Positions 1 to 10,189 are shown, counted from the first letter of the stretch. The stretch is 64,000 nt of DNA from an uncultured Thermoanaerobaculia bacterium (GCA_964599475.1 CAZRFU010000008.1:34409-98408); one strand, 5' to 3'. Made by a program: numbers and translations. The notes: generated by a model from the sequence alone, not told the origin.

Positions 1-29
1 CCCGCGCGGCTTTCGGGTAGCCTTCGGCG

Positions 30-2096
30 ATGGAGACCACGAGCACCGAGCTCGGCAGAATGCTGCAGGAGCGCTTCGGGCTCGCCGACTTCCGGCCCGG
101 TCAGGAGGAGGTCTGCGCCGCTGCGGCCGAAGGTCGCGATGCGCTGGTGGTGATGCCCACAGGCGCCGGCAAGAGCCTGTGCTACCAGCTCCCGGCTTTG
201 CTGCGCAGTGGCGTGGCGGTGGTGGTGTCGCCCTTGATCGCCCTGATGGAGGACCAGGTCGCCGGCCTCACCGCCCGCGGCCTGCGGGCCGAGGCCCTCC
301 ACTCGGGGCGCCAGCGCTCCGAGCTGCGGGCCAGTTGCCGACGCTATCTCGACGGTGAGCTCGACTATCTCTTCGTGGCGCCCGAGCGCTTCCGCGTACC
401 GGGATTCCCGGAGTTCTTGGCCAAGCGCCGGCCGAGTCTGGTCGCCGTCGACGAAGCCCACTGTATCTCCCAGTGGGGACACGACTTCAGGCCCGACTAC
501 CGGCTCCTGGGCCAGCACCTCGAGAGCCTGCGGCCGGCGCCGGTGCTGGCGTTGACCGCCACCGCCACTCCGGCGGTCCAGACCGACATCGCCACGCAGC
601 TGCGGCTGCGCAACCCTCTGCTCCACATCGGCGGCTTCGCCCGTCGCGACCTCTACCTCGAGGCCCTGGCGGTGGCTCCGCGCGAACGCCACGACCTCGC
701 CGCAGAGCTGCTGAGCGACGAGGGCCGACGCCCGGCGATCGTCTACGCCCCCTCGCGCAAAGCGACGGAACAGCTGGCAGCAGAGCTCGATCAGCTGTTC
801 CCCACCGGGATCTATCACGCCGGCCTCGAGGCTCAGGAGCGCGAGCGGGTTCAGCGCCGCTTCCTCGCCGGTGAGCTCGAGGTGATGGTGGCGACCATCG
901 CCTTCGGCATGGGGATCGACAAGCCCGATGTCCGCACCGTCATCCACACCGGGCTGCCGGCTTCGGTCGAAGGCTACTACCAGGAGGTCGGCCGCGCCGG
1001 GCGAGACGGCCGCGGCGCCCACGCGGTGTTGCTCTACTCCGCCGCCGACCGCAGGCGCCACGACTTCTTCATCGAGCGCGCCTACCCGGAGGATCGCCTG
1101 TTGATGCAGATCCAGGCGCACCTGCTGCGGGCGCCGCAGTCCCGAATGGACCTCGCGCAGACCACCGGCGCCGGCGAAGAGGTCATCGACCAAGCCCTCG
1201 ATCACCTGCACCTGCTGGGCGCCGCCTACCAGGACGAAGCCGGCTGGTGGTCCGCACGATCCGGTGACGGTTGGCGTCAGCGCTACCACGAGCAGCGACA
1301 GCGCCGCGTCGACCAGGTCGCAGAGGTGTTCGCCTTTGCCGAACGTCCCCAATGTCGGATGCAGCAACTGGTGCACCACTTCGGTGATCGCAGCATCCGC
1401 GAGCGCGGGTGTGGCCATTGCGACGTCTGCAGCTCGGATGCCGCCCTCGCCAGCCGAGCGGTGCCGCCGACCCGCTCCGAGCTCGACCTGCTCGCCCGCG
1501 TGGTGCGGCGGATCGCGGAAGAGCCGCGTACCGCCGGCCAGCTGCACGCCGAGCTCGCGCCCAAGGGTCGCATCGAGCGCCGCGACTTCGAGAACCTCCT
1601 CGACGCCCTGGTGCGTCACGGCCTGCTCGAAGGCAGCGAGGAGAGCTTCGAGAAGAATGGCGAGCGCATCCGCTTCCGGCGCTTCTATCCAACCGTCGCG
1701 GGTCTCGAAGCCAACAGCGACCGGCGCCTGCTCGACGAGGTCCGACTGAGCGCGCCACGTCGGGCTCTGCGGTCGAGCTCGGCCAAGCGCCGGGACAAGG
1801 CCGCCGCTCCACCAACGGCAGAGGAACGCGGATCGCCGGAGCTGATCCAGCACTTGCGCACCCTGCGCTCGAGCCTCGCCGCCGAGCGGGGCTGGCCGGC
1901 GTTCCGGATCTTCTCGGACCGCACACTCCACGCCCTGTCGGCACGGCCGATGATCTCGACCACCACCGAGCTCCACAGCGTGCACGGGCTCGGGGAGGCC
2001 AAGGTCGACGCCTTCGGCCAGGCCATCCTGGCGGCCCTCGCTGCCTGGCGCGCGGGCGGCGCAGCCGCCACGCCCGACTCGAGCGCAACCGCGTGA
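30..2096 (+). CDS. recQ: ATP-dependent DNA helicase RecQ
   Basis: 688-aa ORF. Helicase motifs PTGAGKSLCYQ and VAVDEAHCISQWGHDFRPDY. RecQ Zn-binding cysteines (CRMQQL...CGHCDVC). C-terminal HRDC-like segment (LRSSLAAERGWPAFRIFSDRTL). Confidence 0.95.
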   Translation: METTSTELGRMLQERFGLADFRPGQEEVCAAAAEGRDALVVMPTGAGKSLCYQLPALLRSGVAVVVSPLIALMEDQVAGLTARGLRAEALHSGRQRSELRASCRRYLDGELDYLFVAPERFRVPGFPEFLAKRRPSLVAVDEAHCISQWGHDFRPDYRLLGQHLESLRPAPVLALTATATPAVQTDIATQLRLRNPLLHIGGFARRDLYLEALAVAPRERHDLAAELLSDEGRRPAIVYAPSRKATEQLAAELDQLFPTGIYHAGLEAQERERVQRRFLAGELEVMVATIAFGMGIDKPDVRTVIHTGLPASVEGYYQEVGRAGRDGRGAHAVLLYSAADRRRHDFFIERAYPEDRLLMQIQAHLLRAPQSRMDLAQTTGAGEEVIDQALDHLHLLGAAYQDEAGWWSARSGDGWRQRYHEQRQRRVDQVAEVFAFAERPQCRMQQLVHHFGDRSIRERGCGHCDVCSSDAALASRAVPPTRSELDLLARVVRRIAEEPRTAGQLHAELAPKGRIERRDFENLLDALVRHGLLEGSEESFEKNGERIRFRRFYPTVAGLEANSDRRLLDEVRLSAPRRALRSSSAKRRDKAAAPPTAEERGSPELIQHLRTLRSSLAAERGWPAFRIFSDRTLHALSARPMISTTTELHSVHGLGEAKVDAFGQAILAALAAWRAGGAAATPDSSATA

Positions 2097-2223
2097 CCGC
2101 CAGCGCGACGGTTTGCAAGCGCTCGACCGCCGCCATATGCTCACGGCCTCGCCCCGCAGGCCGGTCTTCGGCCTGTGATCCGGTCGTTCGACCACTTTTC
2201 TCTGCCAATCGTCGAGGAGTCCC

Positions 2224-2937
2224 ATGCGTTCGTCCAACTTCGCCGTTGCCGTGGCCGCCCTTGCCCTGTTCGCCCCCGCCTGTGGCGCTGAAACCCAGGC
2301 CGAGACCAAGCCCCAGGAGGGCCGGGACCGCTGGAGCTACGCCCTCGGAGCCCTGACCGGCAAGAACTTCACCCAACAGGGTGCCGACATCGATGCCGAG
2401 CAGTTCATCGCCGGGCTGCGCGCCGGGCTCGCCGGTTCGGTGACGTTGTCCGACGAAGAACTGAACGCCGCCATGGCTGAGTTCCGCACCGCCATGCAGG
2501 CCGCCCAGAAGCAGAAGATGGAGGCCGAAGCCGTTGCCAACGCCAGCGCCGGCGCCAAGTTCCTCGCTGAGGTCGCCGCCCGCGAGGGGGTGACCAAGAC
2601 CGCCAGCGGCCTGCTCTACGAAGTGGTCGAGGCGGGAACCGGCCCCACGCCGTCGGCGAGCGACAAGGTCACCGTCCACTACCGCGGCACCCTCATCGAC
2701 GGCACCGTGTTCGACAGCTCGTATGACCGCGGCCAGCCGGCCACCTTCGGCGTCGGCCAGGTGATCAAGGGCTGGACCGAAGCGCTCCAGCTGATGCCCA
2801 CGGGCTCGAAGTGGAAGCTCTACATCCCGGCTGAGCTCGCCTACGGTGAACGGGGAGCGCCACCGCGCATCGGCCCCGGCGCCGTCTTGATCTTCGACGT
2901 CGAGCTGATCAGCATCGAAGGCAAAGCCAGCAGCTGA
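2224..2937 (+). CDS. FKBP-type peptidyl-prolyl cis-trans isomerase (FkpA/Mip-like, secreted or lipoprotein)
   Basis: C-terminal FKBP domain ([40 protein letters not shown]...VLIFDVELI). N-terminal signal peptide ending LFAPAC. Confidence 0.9.
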   Translation: MRSSNFAVAVAALALFAPACGAETQAETKPQEGRDRWSYALGALTGKNFTQQGADIDAEQFIAGLRAGLAGSVTLSDEELNAAMAEFRTAMQAAQKQKMEAEAVANASAGAKFLAEVAAREGVTKTASGLLYEVVEAGTGPTPSASDKVTVHYRGTLIDGTVFDSSYDRGQPATFGVGQVIKGWTEALQLMPTGSKWKLYIPAELAYGERGAPPRIGPGAVLIFDVELISIEGKASS

Positions 2938-2940
2938 GGC

Positions 2941-3732
2941 GTGGCGATGTTGACCACCTGGGCGATCGTCCTGGCCGCGTTGTTGGCCCTGTTTGCGGTC
3001 GTCTGGGTGTGGGCGACACTCCGGCGCGACGTCAGTGTCGTCGACGCCTGGTGGAGTCTTGGGTTCCTCGTCGCCGCGGCGGTTGCCGCTCGCGGCGGCG
3101 GGAGCCTCGATCCGCGCAAGACACTGGTCCTGATCCTGGTGGCGGCGTGGGCGCTGCGGCTGTCCGCCTACCTCGCGTGGCGCAACCACGGTGAGCCGGA
3201 GGATCGGCGCTACGCAGCGATGCGACAGGGGCGCGGGCCGGCCTTCTGGTGGCAAAGCCTGTTCGTCGTCTTTTGGCTCCAAGCGGCGTTGGTTGCGGTG
3301 ATCTGCCTGCCGCACCTGGTCGTGCTCGCCGCTCCGGTCGGGCCGCCCCTGGGCTTCTTCGATGCCCTGGGCCTCCTGCTCTGGGTAATCGGCTTCTGCT
3401 TCGAGACCATCGGCGACGCCCAACTCGCCGGCTTCAAGGCCAACCCCAACAATCGCGGCAAGGTGCTCGACCGCGGGGTGTGGGCCTGGACCCGCCACCC
3501 CAACTACTTCGGTGAAGCCTGTTTGTGGTGGGGCTTCGGCGCAATCGCCCTCGCCGTTCCCAACGGCTGGATGACACTCCCATCGGTGGCGCTGATGACG
3601 TTCCTGCTCCTGCGGGTCTCGGGCGTCACCCTGCTCGAGCGAGACATCGGCGAGCGCCGGCCGGCGTACCGCGACTACATCGCCCGCACCAGCGCCTTCT
3701 TCCCCCGACCACCTCGACCGAGGAAGACGTGA
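2941..3732 (+). CDS. DUF1295 / steroid 5-alpha-reductase-like integral membrane protein
   Basis: Polytopic hydrophobic ORF with the family signature RHPNYFGEACLWWGF. GTG start 4 nt after the FKBP stop. Lies next to a Cfa-like methyltransferase, as is typical for this family. Confidence 0.75.
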   Translation: MAMLTTWAIVLAALLALFAVVWVWATLRRDVSVVDAWWSLGFLVAAAVAARGGGSLDPRKTLVLILVAAWALRLSAYLAWRNHGEPEDRRYAAMRQGRGPAFWWQSLFVVFWLQAALVAVICLPHLVVLAAPVGPPLGFFDALGLLLWVIGFCFETIGDAQLAGFKANPNNRGKVLDRGVWAWTRHPNYFGEACLWWGFGAIALAVPNGWMTLPSVALMTFLLLRVSGVTLLERDIGERRPAYRDYIARTSAFFPRPPRPRKT

Positions 3733-3751
3733 GCCGCCGCGAGCGCGCCCG

Positions 3752-4801
3752 ATGATCGACCGGCTGATTGACCGCGGCCTGATTCCGGATCGCGTGCTCC
3801 GCGCCGGGATTCGCCGACTGCTCGATCAGCGCCTGCGCGACGAAGGCCGCTACGACGAGGCCCTGCGCTTTGCGCGGCGTGGCAAGGTCTTCGCGGCACT
3901 CGAGCAGGCGCCGATCGCGGTGGCCGCGGACCGTGCCAACGAGCAGCACTACGAGGTCGATCCGGAGCTCTTCGCCCTGGTGCTCGGGCACCGCCTCAAG
4001 TACAGCTGCGGCTACTTCCCCAGCGGGACCGAATCGCTCGACAGCGGTGAGGATGCGATGCTCGAGCTCACCGCCGAACGCGCCGGTCTCGCCGACGGTC
4101 AAACCATCCTCGATCTCGGCTGCGGCTGGGGCGCGTTGTCGCTGTGGGCAGCGGAGCGTTTCCCCAACGCCTCGATCCTGGCGGTCTCGAACGCCCGCAA
4201 CCAACGGGCCTTCATCGAGTCTCGCGCCGGCGAACGCGCCATCGGCAACCTGCGCGTCGTCACCGCCGACATCTCGAGCCTCGAGCTCCACCAACGATTC
4301 GATCGTATCGTCTCGGTGGAGATGTTCGAGCACGTCCGCAACCACTCCCAGCTGTTCCGCCGCATCCGGCCTTGGCTTCGCGACGACGGACGACTCTTCG
4401 TCCACACCTTCTGCCATCAAACCCTCGCCTACACCTTCGAGAGCGAGGGAGCGAGCGACTGGATGGCCCGCCACTTCTTCACCGGTGGACTGATGCCCTC
4501 GGCCGACCTGTTCGAGCGGTGGAACGAAGACCTGACGGTCGAGCAGCGGTGGCTGGTCGGCGGCAGGCACTACGCTCGCACCCTCGAGCTGTGGCTGCGC
4601 CGGATGGACCTGTGCCGCGATCAGGTGCTCGAAGCGCTCGAGCGCACCTACGGCCGTGCCCACCGCGATCGCTGGTACCGTCGCTGGCGAGTGTTCTTCA
4701 TGGCCTGCGCCGAGCTCTTCGCCTATGCCGGGGGCACCGAGTGGATGGTCGCACACCAGGTCCTGCGCCCAACCCGCTCGATCGTGGGTACCCGCACCTG
4801 A
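3752..4801 (+). CDS. Cyclopropane-fatty-acyl-phospholipid synthase family SAM-dependent methyltransferase
   Basis: CMAS-family layout. SAM-binding motif ILDLGCGWGALSLW. Conserved HYEVDPELF and YSCGYF segments. Confidence 0.85.
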   Translation: MIDRLIDRGLIPDRVLRAGIRRLLDQRLRDEGRYDEALRFARRGKVFAALEQAPIAVAADRANEQHYEVDPELFALVLGHRLKYSCGYFPSGTESLDSGEDAMLELTAERAGLADGQTILDLGCGWGALSLWAAERFPNASILAVSNARNQRAFIESRAGERAIGNLRVVTADISSLELHQRFDRIVSVEMFEHVRNHSQLFRRIRPWLRDDGRLFVHTFCHQTLAYTFESEGASDWMARHFFTGGLMPSADLFERWNEDLTVEQRWLVGGRHYARTLELWLRRMDLCRDQVLEALERTYGRAHRDRWYRRWRVFFMACAELFAYAGGTEWMVAHQVLRPTRSIVGTRT

Positions 4802-5517
4802 ACCTGCTGCTCCATTTCGAGCTCGCTGCCCGCGACCTCGGTATCGAAGGTGCGGCAGGGGCCCTCCTGCCGGACTTCTGGCGCATGGCCGATGCAAGGG
4901 CACGGGTATCGACACGCTCGTTGCCCTACGACGGGCCGCTCGACGATCGCGCTCGGCCTCTCGCCCGAGGTGTGTTGCACCATCTGGTGGTCGACCGGCT
5001 GTTCCACCAGGACGAGAGCCTGCTCGGGGCGGGCCAGCGCCGGGCGGCAGAAGTCCTTCGCCGCAGCAACTGGCCACGGCCGGGCCTGCTCGCCCACCCC
5101 GCGTGGGAGCTCGCTCTCGACGGCGCCCTCATCCGAAGCCACGGCGCCGACTACGTGATCGACCGGCTCCGTCAGGGGGTCGCCACTCTCGAGCGGCCAG
5201 TCCTCGACGCTCTCGCCTCGGGGTATCGCCTGCCCTGCCGCGCCGAACCGACGTTCCGCGAGCAGCTGATCCGCCTGCTCGAGCGCCTGCATCACGGTGA
5301 GTGGCCTCGCGGCTACGCTGATCCCGAGGGATTGGCCCGGCGCCTGGCGGGCCTGGCTCGCCGCGTCGGTCTCGCCATCGACCAGGCCTCGGCACGAGGG
5401 TTCGAGGAACTCTTGGAACGAGCCGGGGAGATGCTGCCAACGGCCCTCGCGTTGCACCCTGAGCCCGAGGCTTTTGCCTCCGGGCGCCTCACCACGAGCG
5501 CCGCAGCTCGAGCCTGA
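4798..5517 (+). CDS. Acyl carrier protein phosphodiesterase (AcpH/DUF479)-like protein, putative CTG start
   Basis: The frame continuing past the cfa-like stop reads (M)NLLLHFELA...GALLPDFWR...GVLHHLVVDRLFH. This is collinear with the AcpH N-terminus MNFLAHLHLA...GNLLADFVRG...GIHMHRRIDVMTD. CTG at 4798 overlaps the upstream TGA (CTGA). An alternative in-frame GTG lies at 4741. Confidence 0.45.
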   Translation: MNLLLHFELAARDLGIEGAAGALLPDFWRMADARARVSTRSLPYDGPLDDRARPLARGVLHHLVVDRLFHQDESLLGAGQRRAAEVLRRSNWPRPGLLAHPAWELALDGALIRSHGADYVIDRLRQGVATLERPVLDALASGYRLPCRAEPTFREQLIRLLERLHHGEWPRGYADPEGLARRLAGLARRVGLAIDQASARGFEELLERAGEMLPTALALHPEPEAFASGRLTTSAAARA

Positions 5518-6823
5518 AGGTCTCCCCGCCGCCGTCTTCGACGAAACCGCTGCCGCTCGGACGATCGACCTCGAGAGCCACGAGCTCGGCACCCACGCGC
5601 CAGGGCCCGGCCTGCCGCAGCACCGCCACCGTCACCGCCTGGCCGTCCTCGTCACTGATCTCGCCGATCGAGCCATCACGATCACGTGTTTCGAACTGGT
5701 CGACACGGACCGAAAGGCGCCACCGATCCCACCTTCGCGACACCAACAGGTACGCCGCCGCAAAGTCGGCGTCGACGAAGTGGGGCCTGATTCCCATGCC
5801 GGTGTCGCCGATGAGCACCTCGGCCAGGATCGACCATCCGCTCGGGCGATCGACTCCAACACCTGCCGCCACGGTGCGCGTCCGCCAGGCGTACTGATCG
5901 CCGTGCAGCTCGCGATCGCCGCGGTTGTCGGCAATCCGCAGGCGGAAGGTCAGGCCGCGGCGGTCGTCGCGCCAAGCCACCCGGCCGCTCCAGCCCACGC
6001 GCCCGTCGAGATCTTCGGTCAGGGGACGGGTCCCCTGGTCGCGCTGCACCCCGAAGATGCCGTCGTCCTCGAGGCTCGAAAGCGGCGGCAGCGCGATCGT
6101 CTCGCCGAGGGTGGTCAGGCGGTCGTGCAGCGAGAACCCGCGCCAGGCGAGAAGTGTCCCGGCGGTGTCGTTGCCGCCGCCGAGTGCGCCGGCAACGGTG
6201 AGACGCCCGTCGCCCAGCGCAGCGGTCCAACGCCCTTCGACTCCGAGCTCCCGGCTCTCTTCGCCGACCCAACTGTTGATCGCCGACAGGGTCAGGGTAT
6301 ACGGCGAGTGCCACCCACGCTCGACATTCTCGAACGACGTCGCGGGGAAGAATAGACCCGCACGAACACCGACTTGATGCCGGTCGCCCACTGTCCGCTG
6401 GAGATCCGCGAAGAGCTCGACCAGGCCGGCAGCTTCACCTTCGACTTCGTCGTCCTCGAGCCGAGCCAGCCCATGAGCTACCACTCGAACACCTGGGGCA
6501 GGAGTCCACACCAGACCAAGGTCGGTTCCCAGCGAGCCGGACCATTCATCGTCTCCCGATCGTCCATCGAGACCGAATCGGCCCCAGCCACCCGCGAGAA
6601 AGCTCGAGCCCGCACCTCGAACGGCCCCAGCGTCCATCGTTGCGGCACCGAACCACTCGAGCTCGGCTCCCAGCGCCCCAGCGGCGAGGCCCGGAGCCAG
6701 AGCGAGAACCAGGACGAGACCTTCGACTCGGTGCCGCAGCCGTCCGCGTCCACCACTGCACGACGGCTCACTCTGCAGCGACGAGGCTACTTCGATCGTG
6801 GGCAATGGAGAGCTTGCAGACAC
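5489..6823 (-). CDS. Outer-membrane beta-barrel (porin-like) protein, function unknown
   Basis: Signal-like LVLVLALAPGLAAGALG. Alternating amphipathic beta-strand pattern rich in G/R/D/W. C-terminal aromatic residue (..LELRRSW). The start is uncertain and may be internal to the 444-aa ORF. Confidence 0.55.
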   Translation of the reverse strand: MSASSPLPTIEVASSLQSEPSCSGGRGRLRHRVEGLVLVLALAPGLAAGALGAELEWFGAATMDAGAVRGAGSSFLAGGWGRFGLDGRSGDDEWSGSLGTDLGLVWTPAPGVRVVAHGLARLEDDEVEGEAAGLVELFADLQRTVGDRHQVGVRAGLFFPATSFENVERGWHSPYTLTLSAINSWVGEESRELGVEGRWTAALGDGRLTVAGALGGGNDTAGTLLAWRGFSLHDRLTTLGETIALPPLSSLEDDGIFGVQRDQGTRPLTEDLDGRVGWSGRVAWRDDRRGLTFRLRIADNRGDRELHGDQYAWRTRTVAAGVGVDRPSGWSILAEVLIGDTGMGIRPHFVDADFAAAYLLVSRRWDRWRLSVRVDQFETRDRDGSIGEISDEDGQAVTVAVLRQAGPWRVGAELVALEVDRPSGSGFVEDGGGETFRLELRRSW

Positions 6824-6855
6824 TTCGGATCGATGCGGCTAGAACGCCGAGTGTT

Positions 6856-7335
6856 TCAAGTCTCCAGCGCCCCGGAACGGAGTACGCACCAGCCCAGCAG
6901 CGCTGTTCGTACGCTCCACGCCGCAGTGCGGATCCAGTTGGTCGCGACCAGCCGCTGCCAGGTCGCGAGATCGAAGCCCTGGGCCAGCCGCTGGTGGCAC
7001 GGCACCTGCAGGGCGAACGTGGACAGCCACACCATCGCCAACAGCGCCGAGGTCGCCACCAGCCACCAGCCTGGGGCAATGCCCCGCCCGCGGGCCACCA
7101 GCGCGACCGCCAGCAGCACCTCGAGGAGCATGGCCGGGACGACGATCCACGAGATTCGCAGCGAGTGGAGGGTGTGGTAGATCCGGAACGCATCCGCGCC
7201 GACCCTGGAGAGGAGCGGATACTGCACCACCTGCACCAACCAGATCAGGCCGGTGAGAAAGGCGCTTACAACCAGGCTCACCACGGTCAGATTCCACAGC
7301 TGGCCGTGCTGGGAGGTCACCGCGCCGGTGTTCAC
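6856..7335 (-). CDS. Small 4-TM membrane protein (possibly DUF1772-like)
   Basis: 159-aa hydrophobic C-terminal part of the 534-aa track ORF. GTG start at 7335 overlaps the nadE stop (GTGA). The family guess is weak. Confidence 0.5.
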   Translation of the reverse strand: MNTGAVTSQHGQLWNLTVVSLVVSAFLTGLIWLVQVVQYPLLSRVGADAFRIYHTLHSLRISWIVVPAMLLEVLLAVALVARGRGIAPGWWLVATSALLAMVWLSTFALQVPCHQRLAQGFDLATWQRLVATNWIRTAAWSVRTALLGWCVLRSGALET

Positions 7336-9332
7336 TCCGCCTCGCTTCGGCGCAGTTCCGCCAGCTCGGTCTCGAAACCACCCGACAAAATGGGAAACCG
7401 GCACCAGCTGCGCGGGTCGAGATTTTCGTCGTCGAGATGGAACGACGGTGCGTAGCGCTCGCGCTTCCACTGGTTGCGACTCCAGAGCCGCAGGAACCGT
7501 TCGATCCAGGCGGCCAACTGCGGGCGCGGGTACCCGGGGAGCTGGGCTTCCAGCAACGGCAGAATGTCCTCGGGCATCCGTTTGTCGCGCACGGCAAGGC
7601 GTTCGATCACATCGAGGACCTCGTAGGGCATCAGGTCGGCCTCGTCGGTCTGTCCCGAAGCCGGAGGGCGCAGCTCGGCGGTGGGCTCGAGCTGCGTGAT
7701 CGCCGAGAGCGCCGGGATCGGGCCGACGCCCGCCGGCCCGTGCTCCTGCAGCCAGTCGAGCCAGCGCAGCAGGAACGCCTTGTCGATGCCCGCCAACGGC
7801 GCCAGGCCCCCCGAGGTGTCGCCGTCCATGGTGGCGTAGCCGACCGCCGCCTCGGAGCGATTGCTGGTGGAAAGCAGTAGTGCTCCTTTGACGTTGGCCA
7901 GAATCCACACCGAAGGTGAACGAACGCGGGCTTGGACGTTCTGCAGCGCCACATCGTCGTGTTCCCACGTGAGCCGCCGGCCCAGGGCAGATTCGGCGAG
8001 TGCCACATACCCCTGCACCAACTCGTCGACGTCGAGCTCGTGGTGATCGGCGCCGATCGCCTCCGCGACAGCCGCCGCGGCGGACCGCGTCGCCTCCGAA
8101 GAATTGCGAGTCGCCTGGTAGGCGGTCGTCAGCAGCGCACCAACGAGCTCGCGCGGCGTACCGCAGGTGGCGAGACGAGGCTCGAGCCGTGCCAGCGTTG
8201 CACGCACCGACTCGAACCCCAGCTCGACCACCGCCAGCTCGACCATCAGCGCCACCATGCAAGCGGTCGCCGCGGAGTCCGCTCCCCCCGAGAGCGACAC
8301 CACGAAGCCGCGCGCACGGCTCTTGCGCAAATACCCCCACAGCCCCAGGGCAACGGCCCGGGCCAGTTCCTCCTCCTTGCGGTAGAAGCCTCGGTCCCAG
8401 TCCGCCCGATCCGAGCGCAAGACCCCGTAGCCGGTCACCGCGCTCGGCGGCGGACTCCAATCCACGCGTACTCGACGCTCCAGCCCTTCACCGAGCTCGG
8501 GGCGGTGGCTGGCCAGGCGGACCCGCGTCAGGCGCCCGAGCTCGAGATCGACGACCGCAGAGGTCACCACCTGCGACCGGAACGACAGGCGGGGGCCCTC
8601 CGCCAGCGGAATCCCCCCAGCTGCGATCAGGGCGCCGCCGTCGTAGATCACCCGACCGGCCTCGTTGCCGAGCAGGTTCGACGAGACGTACGCCACGCCG
8701 AAGGCGCGGGAACCTTCGAGCACGTAACGCCGGCGGACTTCCTGCTTGCCAAAGGCGAAGTGGCTGGCGCTGGGGTTGAGGATCAGATCGACCCCGCGGC
8801 GACACAGGCGCGCGCCTGGGCGATCACCCACCCACGCGTCTTCGCAGATCTCGAAACCCACGACCACCCCGCCGAGATCGAAGAACAAGTCGCCGATCGG
8901 CACCTGGCCTGTGGGCGTTGCGATCGTCGTGCTGACGCCGGCCGGCCACGGCTTGAACCACCGGGGCTCGTAGTGGAGCCCATCGCCCGCGAGGTGCTGT
9001 TTGCCCACCAACCCGGCGATGTGGCCGTCGACGACCATCGCCACGCAGTTGTACATCCCGCCCTGGAGCGCCACCGGGAGGCCCAAAGCCACGGCCATGC
9101 CCTTGGTCTCCGGTGCGATAGCCTCGAGCTGCCGCCATGCCCGCGCTGCAACACCGGAGGCGTGGAAGGCGTCTTCGCAGCCGTACCCGGTCAGGCACAG
9201 CTCCGGCAGGCACAGGATCGACACCCCGCGGGCGCGAGCTTCCGCAATCGCGGCGCGAATCACCTCGAGGTTCCCCTCCCACGCGAGCGGCGTGGTTTCG
9301 ATCACCGCAGCTCCGACCGTCACCAACCGCAT
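7332..9332 (-). CDS. nadE: Glutamine-dependent NAD+ synthetase (CN-hydrolase plus NAD synthetase domains)
   Basis: N-terminal nitrilase-type domain (MRLVTVGAAV...ILCLPELCLTGYGCEDAF...EICEDAW). C-terminal PP-loop SLSGGADSA. ATG at 9332 is preceded by GAGGAGG. The longer track ORF start (9446) is rejected. Confidence 0.93.
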   Translation of the reverse strand: MRLVTVGAAVIETTPLAWEGNLEVIRAAIAEARARGVSILCLPELCLTGYGCEDAFHASGVAARAWRQLEAIAPETKGMAVALGLPVALQGGMYNCVAMVVDGHIAGLVGKQHLAGDGLHYEPRWFKPWPAGVSTTIATPTGQVPIGDLFFDLGGVVVGFEICEDAWVGDRPGARLCRRGVDLILNPSASHFAFGKQEVRRRYVLEGSRAFGVAYVSSNLLGNEAGRVIYDGGALIAAGGIPLAEGPRLSFRSQVVTSAVVDLELGRLTRVRLASHRPELGEGLERRVRVDWSPPPSAVTGYGVLRSDRADWDRGFYRKEEELARAVALGLWGYLRKSRARGFVVSLSGGADSAATACMVALMVELAVVELGFESVRATLARLEPRLATCGTPRELVGALLTTAYQATRNSSEATRSAAAAVAEAIGADHHELDVDELVQGYVALAESALGRRLTWEHDDVALQNVQARVRSPSVWILANVKGALLLSTSNRSEAAVGYATMDGDTSGGLAPLAGIDKAFLLRWLDWLQEHGPAGVGPIPALSAITQLEPTAELRPPASGQTDEADLMPYEVLDVIERLAVRDKRMPEDILPLLEAQLPGYPRPQLAAWIERFLRLWSRNQWKRERYAPSFHLDDENLDPRSWCRFPILSGGFETELAELRRSEAE

Positions 9333-9439
9333 CGACGCCTCCTCGATTCGAAGCCTATCGGATTGGTGAGGCCCGGCAGCCGTCGGACGAGCCCGATGCC
9401 GGAATGACGACTGGTATATACTTCGAACGAGGAGGCACG

Positions 9440-9670
9440 ATGGCACGGACCAAGGTCTTTCGATCGGGTAACAGCCAAGCCGTCCGACTGCCGGTCGGCT
9501 TCAGAGTCGAGACGAAGGAGCTCGAGATCTTCCGGCGTGGCGGCGAGATCGTGCTGCGCGAGCCGCTGGGCTCGATGGCGCGGGCGTTTCACCTCCTCGC
9601 CGAGCTCCCGGAGGACGCCCTCCCAGAGTCTCGTGAAGACGAGCCGCCGCAGGAGCGGAACGGCTGGTGA
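9440..9670 (+). CDS. vapB: AbrB/SpoVT-fold antitoxin (VapB family)
   Basis: 76 aa starting MARTKVFRSGNSQAVRLPVGF (SpoVT/AbrB swapped-hairpin signature). GGAGG RBS. Stop overlaps the vapC start (ATGA). Confidence 0.8.
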   Translation: MARTKVFRSGNSQAVRLPVGFRVETKELEIFRRGGEIVLREPLGSMARAFHLLAELPEDALPESREDEPPQERNGW

Positions 9671-10077
9671 TGGCGCCCCGGTACGTCCTCGACACCAACA
9701 TCTGCATCTACATCGCCAAGCGCCGGCCGATCGAGGTATTGCGCCGATTCGAGCAACTCGAGCCGGGCGCTGCGGCGATTTCGGTGGTGACGTGGGGTGA
9801 GCTGCTCTTCGGCGCAGAACGTAGCGTTCGCCGACCGGAGGCGCTGGCAGTCCTAGAGGAGTTTCGAACCGTCCTCCCGGTGCTCGCCATGGCCGACTCC
9901 GTGGGAGTTCACTACGCCGCCATTCGGGGCGACCTGGCGCGGCGCGGCGAGCCGATAGGCAACAACGACCTGTGGATCGCGAGCCACGTCCGAGATCTCG
10001 GCGCGGTGCTCGTGACCAACAACACCCGGGAGTTCCTCCGAGTGCCTGGCCTGATCGTCGAAAACTGGGCCGGGTAG
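9667..10077 (+). CDS. vapC: PIN-domain ribonuclease toxin VapC
   Basis: YVLDTNICIY N-terminal acidic motif, NNDLWIA and C-terminal VTNNTREF. Typical 136-aa PIN toxin. Confidence 0.9.
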   Translation: MMAPRYVLDTNICIYIAKRRPIEVLRRFEQLEPGAAAISVVTWGELLFGAERSVRRPEALAVLEEFRTVLPVLAMADSVGVHYAAIRGDLARRGEPIGNNDLWIASHVRDLGAVLVTNNTREFLRVPGLIVENWAG

Positions 10078-10189
10078 CAGCGGTCCTTGCGCCCCGGAGC
10101 GCGGAACTCGCCGGCAACGCTCCCCCCACCAACCCGCCGGGTTTCCACTGGGCCTCGGTCTTCGAGCTGCTCGACGTTTCCGCCCCACA

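Noticed and set aside
2097-2223. Hairpin caGGCCGgtcttCGGCCtg after recQ as an intrinsic terminator.
   Set aside because: The stem is only 5 bp with no U-tract. That is insufficient to call.
1183-3498. 771-aa minus-strand ORF, the longest of many long antisense or out-of-frame ORFs. Others include 3626-5077 (-), 7932-9407 (+), 14554-15912 (-), 23488-24993 (-), 25270-26760 (-), 56858-58252 (+) and 58952-60142 (+).
   Set aside because: All overlap genes with unambiguous homology on the other strand or frame. Their translations are Arg/Pro/Gly/Ala-dominated with no recognisable motifs, the usual artefact of stop-codon-poor high-GC DNA.
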